From Ascoidea asiatica JCM 7603 (taxonomy: Eukaryota; Fungi; Ascomycota): a stretch of 64,000 nucleotides of DNA. Below are positions 1-11,544 of the stretch, piece after piece. Location of the stretch: assembly GCA_001600695.1 (NCBI GenBank), contig BCKQ01000009.1, positions 419,225 through 483,224 of the forward strand. The letters are read 5' to 3'. The translations under genes and the position numbers were made by a program. How positions within the stretch are numbered: position 1 is the first letter of the stretch; the number at the start of each line of letters is the position of its first letter. The notes beneath the pieces were generated by a model that was not told the origin of the DNA, searched no databases, and was given only the letters and a program-made list of their open reading frames with translations.

Positions 1-389
1 TTAAATGAAACAATCAAGGAATAAATCAGGGAATAAGTTGGGTTTTACTTACGTTTAAATAAATGACTTCTTTTTAAACTATTTAATAAATTGAGGAAAA
101 TAATTATTTTTAAAATATTCACTTCATTCAAGGATAAATTATTACATTATTAGATTATTAATGTAATAAGCTAATAAATTAATAATCAATAATCAGGTTA
201 GATTACATTTTGCCATGGATTATAAATGACATAATTACTACTTTAGTAGTAGTAATTAATATTATTTGAGATAATGAAATTAAACAATATTTATTAATTA
301 TTATTTATTATTTATTAATTGATTATCAATAATTAATTGTGATGATTTAGTACTGTATTTCCTAAATAAATTAAATCTTCTATATTTGA

Positions 390-482
390 TAGATAGATCT
401 CATTCATGGATCTTATTCATAGATCTTATTCATGGATCTTATCGATAGATCTGAGAGATTTATCTCATAGATAAAGTAGAAT
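390..482. repeat. Degenerate ~13-bp tandem repeat (ATTCATRGATCTT) upstream of Rho-like paralogue 1
   Basis: atagatctcattcatggatcttattcatagatcttattcatggatcttatcgatagatct; 3-4 imperfect units. Confidence 0.6.
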
Positions 483-653
483 TCAATAATAATATCAGTA
501 TAAATAGATTCAAAAGATAAAATATATATAATTGAAATGATTTCTTTTGATTTTAAATTGCAATCTGAGAAATATATTCGATATACAATATACAATATAC
601 ATAATTGAGTAATATTGAATATAATAATAATAACAATAATAATAATAAAAACA

Positions 654-1565
654 ATGGAGAAAAGAATTTTAGTTATTGGAGAAGAAGGTTGTGGTAAAAC
701 AACATTAATAAGAAAATATTTTGGTGTAATAGATGATGATGATGATGACTTAGATCATCATAATAATAATAATAATAATAATAATAGTAATAAGACATTT
801 AAGTATATACCAATTGATGAGAATTTAATAATAGAAATTGAAAAAGAATATAAGAAAAATTTAGATATTTCAATAAATTCAACAAAAGAAAATTTAAATT
901 TAAAAATCATAGATATAAAATCATTTAATTTTGATAAAATTAATTCTGAGAATAATATTTTAAGAAATCCATATAATAAATTTATTTTAAATTCATATGA
1001 TTTAATAATTTTATGTTTTAAAGAAAATAATCCAATTTCATTTAATTTAATTTTAAAAATTTTTAATATAAATAAATTTATAAATAAATTTGGTTATGGA
1101 AATTTATATAAAATTCCAATATTATTAGTTTCTATAAAAAATAATAATAAATTTATTACTACCAATGAAATTTCAAATATAAATTATAAACTTTTAAATG
1201 AAAAAATTGGATCTTTTAAATTTTTTAAAATTGATTTAAATGAAATTAATAGTTCAAATAATATAAATAATTTATTTAATGAATCAATAAAAATATTATT
1301 AATTAAAGATAAATTAATCAAATCAAAATGTGAAAAATCGAATATTTATAATAAATTTCAATTATCTTTTAAAAATTCAATAAATTTAATAAAATTAAAA
1401 TATTTAATTAAAGATAAATATAAAAACCATTCATCATCAAATTTAACAAGTTATACTGATACTCATAGTAACAATGATAGTAATGACAATAAGATATTCA
1501 ATAAAATATTCAATAAAGAAATTAATCATTCTATTAGGAACCAATATACAAATATACAAATATAG
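654..1565 (+). CDS. Degenerate Rho/Ras-superfamily GTPase-like protein, paralogue 1 (probable pseudo-GTPase, no CaaX)
   Basis: ATG at 654 (the track start at 615 is TTG). P-loop KRILVIGEEGCGKTT. Shares FKYIPI, LRNPYNxFIxNSYDLI, NLYKIPxxLVS and LFNExIKILLIKDK with the 3589 ORF. G3, G4 and G5 are not recognisable. Confidence 0.75.
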   Translation: MEKRILVIGEEGCGKTTLIRKYFGVIDDDDDDLDHHNNNNNNNNSNKTFKYIPIDENLIIEIEKEYKKNLDISINSTKENLNLKIIDIKSFNFDKINSENNILRNPYNKFILNSYDLIILCFKENNPISFNLILKIFNINKFINKFGYGNLYKIPILLVSIKNNNKFITTNEISNINYKLLNEKIGSFKFFKIDLNEINSSNNINNLFNESIKILLIKDKLIKSKCEKSNIYNKFQLSFKNSINLIKLKYLIKDKYKNHSSSNLTSYTDTHSNNDSNDNKIFNKIFNKEINHSIRNQYTNIQI

Positions 1566-1619
1566 TATAACTATTTAATTTAATAAGAAAAATAAAATGG
1601 ATTATTGGCTTTATTCAAT

Positions 1620-2800
1620 GTACCTTTTTCTATTGAAATTTCTTTTAAATCATCTAATGTCATATTGAAAGACTTCTGGTATTAATAAACAATCTTATTC
1701 TTATCTATTGTAGACAAAGTTGTAAGAATATTAGAAATATATTCTATATTGTAAGTATATTTTGAATATTCAGTATTTGATTTTCAAATCTTAGATTTTT
1801 ATTATCAATTGGAAGATAATTAGAAATTTCAAATGATTTTATAATTGTAACTTGATTTATATTTTTTTTTTGTATTCAATAAACATTTTAAAAATCTATA
1901 CCTTTTTTCTAGAATATAATTGATTTTGATGATTTTCTAATTCTTTTGGCCAAATATTTAAAATATTAAAATAATTCACACCCAAAAATTTGAGGAAGTG
2001 ACTAGAATATGGGGGTGACATGAGTAAAAACATAACTTTATTTTTTTTAGTCAATTCTATAATAGGAAATGATACATCAATAAACTATATTAGCTAGTGT
2101 TCTTTTTATATTTTTGTATTTTTTTCACAAATTCAAAAAAACAAATTTTAAAGATTTCTGTATTTATCAAACCAGTTTTTGTATTGGTCACAGTTCAATT
2201 TTCTCTTTATTTCAGATTTAAAAATGATTGTTAGTTTCAATTGAACTTCAGTAGCAGATATACATTAAAACCTGCTTGTTATAAACCCCTTGAGTTTAAT
2301 AAGCTTGATTTTGGAATTTGATTTAGTCAAATTTTATCCAATATCAATGAAAATGCCTATTTCTTCCATAAGATCTGAGTAAAATGTCATTATGCTTTGC
2401 TCCTGGGCAGCTTGAAAAAGTTAAGCATCCATCAAAGTTATCTTTAATATATCTTTTTTTAATTTTCTCAAAGTTTTTTTGATTATGAAATATTGAGTTG
2501 AAAATATTTTCAACATCTTTGAAAGAAATTGAAAAATTATATTGTACAAATGAAATACTAAATTGAAGAAATTCAAATTTTTCTCAATCATTTGATATTT
2601 TTATGCTACAACTTTTTTTTCATAAGTTTGTATTTCTCCTTTACATATATTTATTCTTCTGGTTCTCTCAAATTTCTTGATAGCAGCAGTATTTCCAGCA
2701 GTCCTTTGAAAACTTCAATGTGAAAGAACCATCAGTGTTCAAGACAGAATCAAAACAAACACGTGCCTTTTTGCCTGTTCAGCAATAGATATAAAACTAT
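1620..2800 (-). mobile_element. Fossil pogo/Fot1-like (Tc1/mariner superfamily, DDE_1) transposase remnant
   Basis: Minus-strand fragments in the expected order: NFDG (~2426-2439; cf. YNFDETG), CISATEVQLKLTIIFKSE (~2211-2264; cf. ECISAxGxxLPPxIIFKG), and FLLMSPPYSSHFLKFLGVNYFNIL (~1960-2035; cf. LLCLPPHSSHLLQPLDVxxFxPLK). Many stops and frameshifts. Boundaries are approximate and no TIRs were identified. Confidence 0.7.
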
Positions 2801-2904
2801 TGAATAATATTCATTCTTATCAGTCTTTTAATTTGTAATTGTGATCTAACAGAAATTAGATCATGACTGGTCTAAATCTGGATTTCAATACGTAATGTTT
2901 TGTG

Positions 2905-3021
2905 TAATCAATTAATTAATCAATTAACTACCGCACAACTATATTAATGTAATAGATTAATCAACTAATTACTAATTAGCTAATTAACTAACTAATTAAC
3001 TAATTAATTAACTAATTAATT
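2905..3021. repeat. Low-complexity TAAT/TAAC tetranucleotide tract
   Basis: taatcaattaattaatcaattaact...taattaactaactaattaactaattaattaactaattaatta. Confidence 0.6.
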
Positions 3022-3588
3022 AGGAGATTATTTTCGTGTTTGTGTTGTGTTTGGGTTGTGTTTGGGTCTTAACTCCGTGATCCCTGTCTTATCTCCTTGG
3101 TCTCGGCTCGGGGACTCGTATTTTAGTGTGTTTTCTGGGTTTTGATCAAGTGAAGAATACTCCAAAAGAGTGAAAAAAGTGAAAAAAGTGTAAAGAAATG
3201 TTTATTTATTCTCCATGGCCTCAAATGAAATGAATTGTAATAAAAAGAAAAAGCAAAAGAAGCAAATAAAGATAAAGACTGCGAAATAATGCTAAAACTC
3301 AATAAAAACTAAAAATAAACCTTTGTTGCTTGTTCTTTTTTCTTCTTTTTTCCCAATTTCGACTTATCTCCATCTCTTGTTATTATTTTCTTTTCCATAC
3401 TTAAGGAATCTATATTTAAACCCCATTTTTCACATATTTTTCTTATAAGAAGTATAAACAATAAGAAAAAATAATTTGAATTATGCTCAATTTGATACTG
3501 ATTGATCTCAAAGAAAAAAGAGAAATATCAATATAAATAAGAGTTCAAATGGCTATTTATTTTCATCTCTAAACATTGAATAAAGAAA

Positions 3589-4359
3589 ATGATTAAAAGA
3601 ATTTTAGTTATTGGTGATGATGGTTGTGGTAAAACTTCTTTAATCAAATCTTTTCTAGGTTTATCTGATTCAATTGATTCAACTTCAAGTTCTGATTCAA
3701 CTTCAACTTCAACTTCAACTTCAAGTTCCACTTTTAAATATATTCCAATAAATGATAAGTTAATAATTCCAATTGAAAATGAATATGAAAAAAAACTTGA
3801 TTTTTCAATAAATTGTCATAAAGATAATAATAATTCAATTACTTTGAAATTCATTGATACAACTTCATTTAATTTAAATCAAGTTTTAGATTTAAAATAT
3901 TATAATAATAATTTAAGAAATCCATATAATAGATTCATTTCAAATTCTTATGATTTAATAATATGTTGTTTTGAATTAAATAATTCAATGATTTATAATA
4001 CAATTAAAAAAATTTTTAATTTAAATTCTTTTATAAATTCTTATGGTAATTTAAATTTATATAAAATTCCATTGATCTTAGTTTCAACCAAAGTTGATAA
4101 TAACGACAATTTAACCACCAATTATAATTATAATAACTTATCAAATTCATATAAAATATCAAATTTAGATTTTAACTTGAATTATAATTTATTAACTGAA
4201 AAAACTGGTGCTTTAAAATATTTTGAAACTTCTTCAATAAATAATTTAAATATAAATATTTTATTTAATGAAATTATTAAAATTTTATTAATTAAAGATA
4301 AATTTATAAAAAATAAATGTAAATCAAAACCTAAATGTCAATCTTGTATTATAACATAA
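3589..4359 (+). CDS. Atypical Rho-family GTPase-like protein, paralogue 2, with C-terminal CaaX
   Basis: G1 KRILVIGDDGCGKTS; G4 LVSTKVD; G5-like YFETSS after a Rho-type GALKY; polybasic tail ending KSKPKCQSCIIT (CaaX). G3 is altered to FIDTTSF. Confidence 0.85.
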   Translation: MIKRILVIGDDGCGKTSLIKSFLGLSDSIDSTSSSDSTSTSTSTSSSTFKYIPINDKLIIPIENEYEKKLDFSINCHKDNNNSITLKFIDTTSFNLNQVLDLKYYNNNLRNPYNRFISNSYDLIICCFELNNSMIYNTIKKIFNLNSFINSYGNLNLYKIPLILVSTKVDNNDNLTTNYNYNNLSNSYKISNLDFNLNYNLLTEKTGALKYFETSSINNLNINILFNEIIKILLIKDKFIKNKCKSKPKCQSCIIT

Positions 4360-4446
4360 TCTTTATCTCATCTCATATACACATAATCACATATATACAA
4401 TATATATAATCAATAATCAATAATCAATATTCTTTAAATAAATTAA

Positions 4447-5658
4447 TTAAATATGAAAATATTTCCTATTTTTATCTAATTCTTCAAATAAATCATTTAA
4501 TGGTTCTCCAATATCAAGAGTTTCTTTATAAAATTCTTTTTTTCTATAAATTTCAGGTAATGATTCAAATCCATTCATTGCAATAAATAATTGTGATGCA
4601 ATTGATCCTGTTGAATCTGAATCTCCTGAATGATTAATTGAAATTTCAATTAATTCTTTAAAATTTTTAGAAATTATACATGAATAAATAGCAATACCTA
4701 AGCTTTCATATGCTAAAAATCCTTTACCCAATTTTTTATTTAATTCATCATTTAAATATTTAATTTTTTTAAATTTAAATTCATTAATAATTTCATTTAA
4801 ATTTAAAATATAATTTAAAAAATTCTTAAATTCAATTATATCATTTTTATTAATTATTGAATGATTCTTTAAAAAAAAAATATCATTTTTCAAAAAATTT
4901 ATACAATCTTTAAAACTTTCTTCAAAATTTTTACCATTTAATAATAATATTATTAAATAAATTAAAAATCCACTACTTAAATATGCCATTGGATTTGAAT
5001 GTGTTAAAGCTCCTTGTAAACATCCAAGTTCAAAAATTTCATCTATTTTAATTTTTTTAATTAAAATTATTATTGGTAAAACTCTCATTATTGTTCCACA
5101 ACCTTTAGAATTATTTAATTTATTTTTATAATTACCTGAATTTTTAAATACTTTTATATCATTATTTAATGATTTTAAACATGTTAAACCTGCTGAACTT
5201 TTAAAGTATAAAGATTTATAATTTAATAAATTTCTCTTATATTTATTTTTATTTTCATTTTTACTTTCATTAATATTTTCAAATTCATTCGTTTGTGTTA
5301 TATACCAATTTTTATAATTTTTCCAAATTTCTTTATTTAATTTTTTAATATTTTTAGTTTTTTTATTTAAAATTGCATTAAAACAAAATAATGTCATTTG
5401 TGTATCATCTGTAACAATCCATTCAAATTTTGAATCATTGGAATCATTGGAATCATTGGAATCATTGGAATTATTGGAATCATTTGAATTAACTGAATTA
5501 TTTAAATTATTTAATTTATCTAATTTTATACCATCTTTACCAAAATTGGTTTGAATTTTATTCCATGAAGAAAATTCAACAACTCTACCAATTGAATCTC
5601 CAATTGCTCCTGCAATTATCATAAATTTAAAAGTTTCAAATAAATCTATTTCCCCCAT
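4447..5658 (-). CDS. ADP-ribosylglycohydrolase (ARH/DraG family)
   Basis: GAIGDSIG..VEF, TDDTQMT, AGLTCL, NNSKGCGTIMR, LTHSNP and HSGDSDSTGSIA. The metal-binding TDD and DxDS motifs are intact. Confidence 0.93.
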   Translation of the reverse strand: MGEIDLFETFKFMIIAGAIGDSIGRVVEFSSWNKIQTNFGKDGIKLDKLNNLNNSVNSNDSNNSNDSNDSNDSNDSKFEWIVTDDTQMTLFCFNAILNKKTKNIKKLNKEIWKNYKNWYITQTNEFENINESKNENKNKYKRNLLNYKSLYFKSSAGLTCLKSLNNDIKVFKNSGNYKNKLNNSKGCGTIMRVLPIIILIKKIKIDEIFELGCLQGALTHSNPMAYLSSGFLIYLIILLLNGKNFEESFKDCINFLKNDIFFLKNHSIINKNDIIEFKNFLNYILNLNEIINEFKFKKIKYLNDELNKKLGKGFLAYESLGIAIYSCIISKNFKELIEISINHSGDSDSTGSIASQLFIAMNGFESLPEIYRKKEFYKETLDIGEPLNDLFEELDKNRKYFHI

Positions 5659-6439
5659 TTATCCTATAACTTTGACTTATATAATCTTCAATCAAATCAA
5701 TCTAATCAATTAAATCAATAATTAAATAAAGGGAATATCCAAATTTTTATATATTAGATACAATCAACAAAAATAATGACCATGATAACGATTAATGAAT
5801 TATTTTCCCTTCAATTCTAGAATTCAAAGGCTGAGTGGATTGAATTGGTTTAGTTGTAGTCGCAGCACCCTGCAATTTTTAAATGTTTATAAAAAATTTT
5901 AATTTTTTTGGTATAACCAGGAATAAAAACCTAACAAAAGACACATTGCTTAGGAAACAATTTTCGGAAGAATATACCCAGAAATTCTAGTTTATACATT
6001 GATGATAAATAACTAAATCTTTTATTCTCTATTGAACAGCATTTCTCTCTGTTTCTCTCTGTTTCTCTCTGTTTTTCCAAGTTTTCATATTTCTTTCTCT
6101 CTTTCATATTTTTCATTTTCGGTTCAATTCAGAATAAATTAATTTGTGTCTGTGGCTTGCTGCCGCGCTCTGTCACTTCGGAAGCTGAGCCTCGGAAAAA
6201 TTAGACCCTGACCAACGGATCGAAGCCACCATGGGTATCGGAACGGATACCGGAACATAGCCCAATTTCTACATTTGAACTGGGCAAGTTTTATTCTTTA
6301 TACACTTTTCATTATCATAACTATTTATTCATTAATCGCAGTTCAGTCTACTGTACTATTCAATCATGATGTCAAAAAAAATACAAAAATCAATTACATC
6401 AATAATGAATGAACAACAAAAATTACCATCTATTTATTA

Positions 6440-9400
6440 TTATTTTCCAACACCATAGTTACTTGAATCACTTTTTCTATGTCTAGTTTTAGATTTTCTT
6501 GAGGGATTTTTAACTGAATTATTTCTTCTATTTGAACTTGTTGGTGAAAATGGTGGAGAAAATTGTAAAATATCAGAATTATTAGAATTTGTAGCCATTA
6601 AAGAATCATTATTACTAACTGTTCTTGATACACCTCCTCCAGTTCCTTGATTATTCATTGGTTGTGAGATATTACCAAATGAATTTTTAAAAATTAACCT
6701 TTTATTATCACTCGCAACTGTTTTAATATTATTAGCATTTCCTACAATATTAATACTACCCATACTAGTATTTGCATTTATTTTATCATCAAAATTTGCA
6801 TCTACTGAATAATTATCAAAAGATTCTTGACAATATCCCAGCTTTACTGGAGCTAAACTATAAGCTGATTTTCTACGATTTTCATATCCACTATTTTGAG
6901 ATAATCTTTTATAATCTGAAACATTTGTTGAATTACCAATTGTATTGACTTTATTATTAATACTTCTTTTATCTTCATTGTCATAATTATCTCCACTATA
7001 TCTCTTATATTTTTGTAATTCTTTTAATTTTTCATATTTTTTATCAACTTCAGTTTTCTCAATTTTTAATATTTCAACTTGTTTTCTTAATTCTTTATTT
7101 TCTTCATTACTTTTACTTAATTCATTATTCATTTCAAAAACTATTTGATTTTGTCTTTTTTCATAATTTTTCATCCTATTAGAATTATCATTAAACTCTT
7201 TTTTTAAAATTTCATTTTTAATTTTTTCTTCTGTAAATTTTTTTTCCATTTCTTCAGGGATTTGAACCCTCATTTCATGAGATTTATACCATTTTTTATA
7301 TATTTCTTTACGTGATCTATTGACTATATTTTCTTTACCCATTTCAGTTAATTCTTCTTCAAGAATTTTTATCTTATCATTTGAAATTTGATTTATTTCT
7401 AAAATTTCTTTTTCTAAAACTTTAATCTTATCTTCTTGATTCCTAAATTTTGAAATTTCTTCTTGTAAAATAGTATTCATATTACTATAATCTTTTAATT
7501 TTAATAAATTTTCTTCATATTGATTTTTATATTCAGTTCCTTTTTTAAAATTTGCATCAGACTCCGATGATAATCTCTCAATTATATCTTCATTTTCTTT
7601 CTTATTTTTATTTAATAAATCAATTTTACTAACATATTTACTTTCATTTTGAATTAATAATGTTATTTTCTGAAGTAAATTTTCATTAGAATCTTTTAAA
7701 ATTTTTATTTCTAAATCTTTATTTAATAATATTTTTTCACTCATTTTTTTTACTCTAAAATTATTATTCAAATTAATGAAATAATCATATTCAGATACTT
7801 TACTTCTTAAAATTTGTGTTTCTTTGAAATTAGAAGCTCTTAAATATGATTCAAAGTTTAATTCATTTTCTTTAATCAGTAATTGCTTTAAAAGAAATTC
7901 TTCTTTTAATCGATATTCATTAACTAAATTTTCTAAATTATTATTATTGATATTATTACTATTGATATTATTTGCAGTATTTACTAAATCTGTATTAATT
8001 TCGCTTGAATTGTTAAGATTATTTGGGTTCGAACTACTAGAATCACTTGAATGTAGAGTTAAATTTGCTATATTTGAAATATCTGTTAATTTATTTCCTG
8101 AATTAGTTAATGGATTAAAATTAGGAGAATTGATTCTTGAAGTTGGAGTAGAATTTTGAACGGAATTTGATAATGATGGAGGTACAGAAGTACTCATATT
8201 ATTTCCAGGATCTAGATATAAAAATTCTTGAAAATGAATTAAGTTATTTAAAACATTTTGATTATCTTTTGAATAATTTATTGGATTAAGATCTAAAGAA
8301 TAAGATGAATAATTCATTAATAAATCTTCAAGACTGTTGATTTTAAATTTTTTATATTTTCTTTCATTAATTGAATATTCTTCATTATTTAAAGCTTTAT
8401 CTTCATTATCAAACAGATGATTAGGATTATTTTTATTGCTGTTATTATTAGTATCATAATTTAAAGAAACAATATTTTTAAGCTCATTAGTTAAAGTATT
8501 CTTGATTAAAAGTGGGTTAAATGAATGATTTGAAAGTATTGAATTATTTTTTAAAATAAATGAATCTAAATCCAATTTATCCAGTTCCAAAGTAGTATTA
8601 TGACTATGAATTAACTTCAAAATTACAAGATTCTTTAGGGTATCAGTATGTAGTAAATTGAAAAAATTGATATTATAGTGCAAAGATAAAAAGTTTATGG
8701 GATCTTTAATGAAACATAATAAAATATTAGGATAAATTGCATAAATTAAAGTAAATAATTTTGAAGTCGAATGATAAACTTTAGAAATTTTGAAAGAATT
8801 AAAAAGATAATCATTTTCATATTTTCTATCTTCATTTTCATTTTCATTTTCATTATTGCTATTGTTATTATTTTCAAGATTCCAATTTAAATTTGTATTT
8901 TTAATTGATATTTTCAAATATTTTACTAAGTAAAAATCTAAATTTTGAATATTATAGTTAAAGTTTGAATCAGATGATAAATATAATAATCTAAAATAAG
9001 ATAATAATAATAAAGGTAAAATTTTATGAAAATAATCATTATTAATATATAAAAATGGAGAAGAAACAAATAATAAAGAGATTGAAGAATTTATAATTGA
9101 AATATCATTATCTAATAAGATTGATAATAATAAATTTGAGAATAAGTTATTTTGAAAAGAATTTATTATAATTTTATTTTTTTCATAAAATTTTATTGAA
9201 AAACTCGACAATCTATTTTCATTATTGATATTGTTAGTATTATTATTATTATTCTTTTCATCATCATTTGATAAGGATTTTATAAAAAGATGAAAAATAT
9301 TCAGTCTTTTGAATAAACTTTTTGTTAGGGTATTATTGTTATTATTATTATTGTATAGAATTGAATAATCCATTGAATTGAAAGATAGAAGATTGATTAA

Positions 9401-10066
9401 TAGATTAGATAAATAAACTCTTAAATATTTATAATTTTTAAAAAAAAAATTAAAATTTAATAATAAAATATTTTGGTTGAATTGAAATGAATAAAATAAA
9501 AGGTTTTTAATATTTAAATTAATAAATCTTTTATTTTCTAAATGATCTCTAGGTTTAAAATTGAAACTATTTAAAAAATTTTGTTTTGAATTATTATTTG
9601 TACCATTATTGGGAGATAAGATAATTTTTGAAGATTTTGAATTCCAATAATTATCTTTTAATAATATTTCAAATAATAGTTTACTTATTTGATATAATAA
9701 TTTATTATTATCATTATTTGAAGAAGAAGTAGAAGAAAAAGAAGGATGTATTGTTAAAATGTTTTTGAATAAATTTCTTGAAGGTAATACAATTTTTAAT
9801 TTTAGATATGGAGAATTTAAAGCAATATTAATGAATTGATTTAACCAAAGTAAAAGTTCTGGATTAATTTTATCTACTGATAAACCTTTATTATCTTGAT
9901 CAGTTATAATGAGTTCATCCAGATGATCTTGTAATGATTTTTCTTGATAAATTTGATCGTTTAGATCATTTTCGGTTTCATTTTCATTTTCATTTTCATT
10001 TTCATTTTCTTGTTTTACTTGTTTTTTTTCACTGATTTCATTATCTGGTTTATCTTGTTTGTTATA

Positions 10067-10121
<55 letters not shown>

Positions 10122-10858
10122 TTATCATCTTGATCATGGTTTTGATTTTCTTCAATTTCTTTAGTTTCAATAGAATTTTTCAAAATTTGATCTTGATTTT
10201 TATAATGAATATGAGAAAAATCATAATTAAAAAAAATAAAAGGAATAAATAAATTTAGTAATTTTAGAAAAAAAAGATGTCTTTGAATTAATGAATCATC
10301 ATTATCATTTTTATCATTATTATCATTTTTATCAATTTCATTTTCTTCAGAAATTTCATTATTGATATTAATTTTTGAATTATAAAATTTGAATAATTCT
10401 GAATTTAATTTTTTTTTAATATGATTATCATCTTTTATTGATTTATCTGTTAAAAATTGTAAAAGTAATAATTTAATATATTTAGGTAAAACATTATTTG
10501 GTTTATCAATTGTTAAAATTTCATCTATACTATAGATATGATTTGAATAATCTCTATATTCATTATCAGATACTTCATGATTGGATACTTCTTCTTCATG
10601 AAGGGGTTCACAATTGTTTTTATCATTGTTATTAGTGTCTAGGATATTTGAAATACTGGAAGGATTATAGGTAGAAGTATCAGAAGGACCAGATATATCA
10701 GAAGGGGTAGATGAATCAGGGGGAGCAGCTAGCGCTGTTGATATTGAGGAAGAATGTGAAGTAGATTGGGAAGTAGATAAACCAGTTGAATCATAAGGTG
10801 GTAAATGAGACAAATATTCATCAAAAACAGCAAATAAATGATCGATCGATATTATCAT
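6440..10858 (-). CDS. TSC1: Hamartin/Tsc1-like TSC complex subunit
   Basis: LFTLIYAIYPNILLCFIKDP matches the hamartin FxxLYGxYPxNFxxxxR/KxP motif. Also NHSFNPLLI and LLIKENELNFESYLR (cf. LLxNxLxFERY), followed by a long C-terminal coiled coil. Confidence 0.8.
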
Positions 10859-11544
10859 AATTGATGATGAATATGATTCGAATCAAAAATGGCCATTAAC
10901 CTGGATTGAGTAATATTTTAAAGGAGAGAGAGAATACAGTATATATTAGTCGAGAAGCAGCTTTATGAAATAGATACGCTTATGGATATAAATTTCAGTT
11001 TCTTCTGTAGTCGAGATCTATTACTGCTGAAATAATAATTTTTCAGGGATATTTCAGCTTAGATTTTGCTAGCTTGTTTTACACCTTTTTTATTTTTTTT
11101 TTTTTTTTATTTTTATTTTTATTTTTTTTACTTACACTTGATAATATTTTTATTTTAATTTAACTGGCTTCCTCTTTGTTTCACTCTGTCGGCGTTACTG
11201 AACTGCAGGGGATAGATTATTGTTTAGTTACTGTAACATTAAGGTGAGTTGTTAACGATATGTGAATCTGTATTTCATGTTTGGAGGTTTGCGTTTTCAG
11301 GTTACTTCCAGTCAAAACATCAGTTTCATCCTTGGGGTTTTGGCGCTGTGATAGCACTATTTTAGTTTTTACAAGCTTGATTTTGGTAGTTGGATTTTAC
11401 AACGCTGACGTAATACATCCGTCAGCCACTTCCACAATAACGTTACAGTTACAAAGGCGTTACTAGCTGAAGTCATATTTAGTTTATTTATTTATTCATT
11501 AATTCATTATTCTATTTATTTATTTGTTTATTATCTATTATCTA

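Noticed and set aside
615-653. TTG/GTG starts in the ORF track (615, 13051, 19992, 21288, 37007, 37590, 47425, 59806)
   Set aside because: Eukaryotic genes; a nearby in-frame ATG, or the spliced ATG for MUD2, gives the sensible N-terminus.
49-2895. TACGT ends at ~50 and ~2890 as Fot1-like TIRs that captured Rho paralogue 1
   Set aside because: The inverted match extends only a few bases in AT-rich DNA and is indistinguishable from chance.
7824-10252. Plus-strand ORFs inside TSC1 (7824-8159 and the poly-Ile 10010-10252)
   Set aside because: Antisense shadows; the poly-Ile is the reverse of an AAT/poly-Asn microsatellite.
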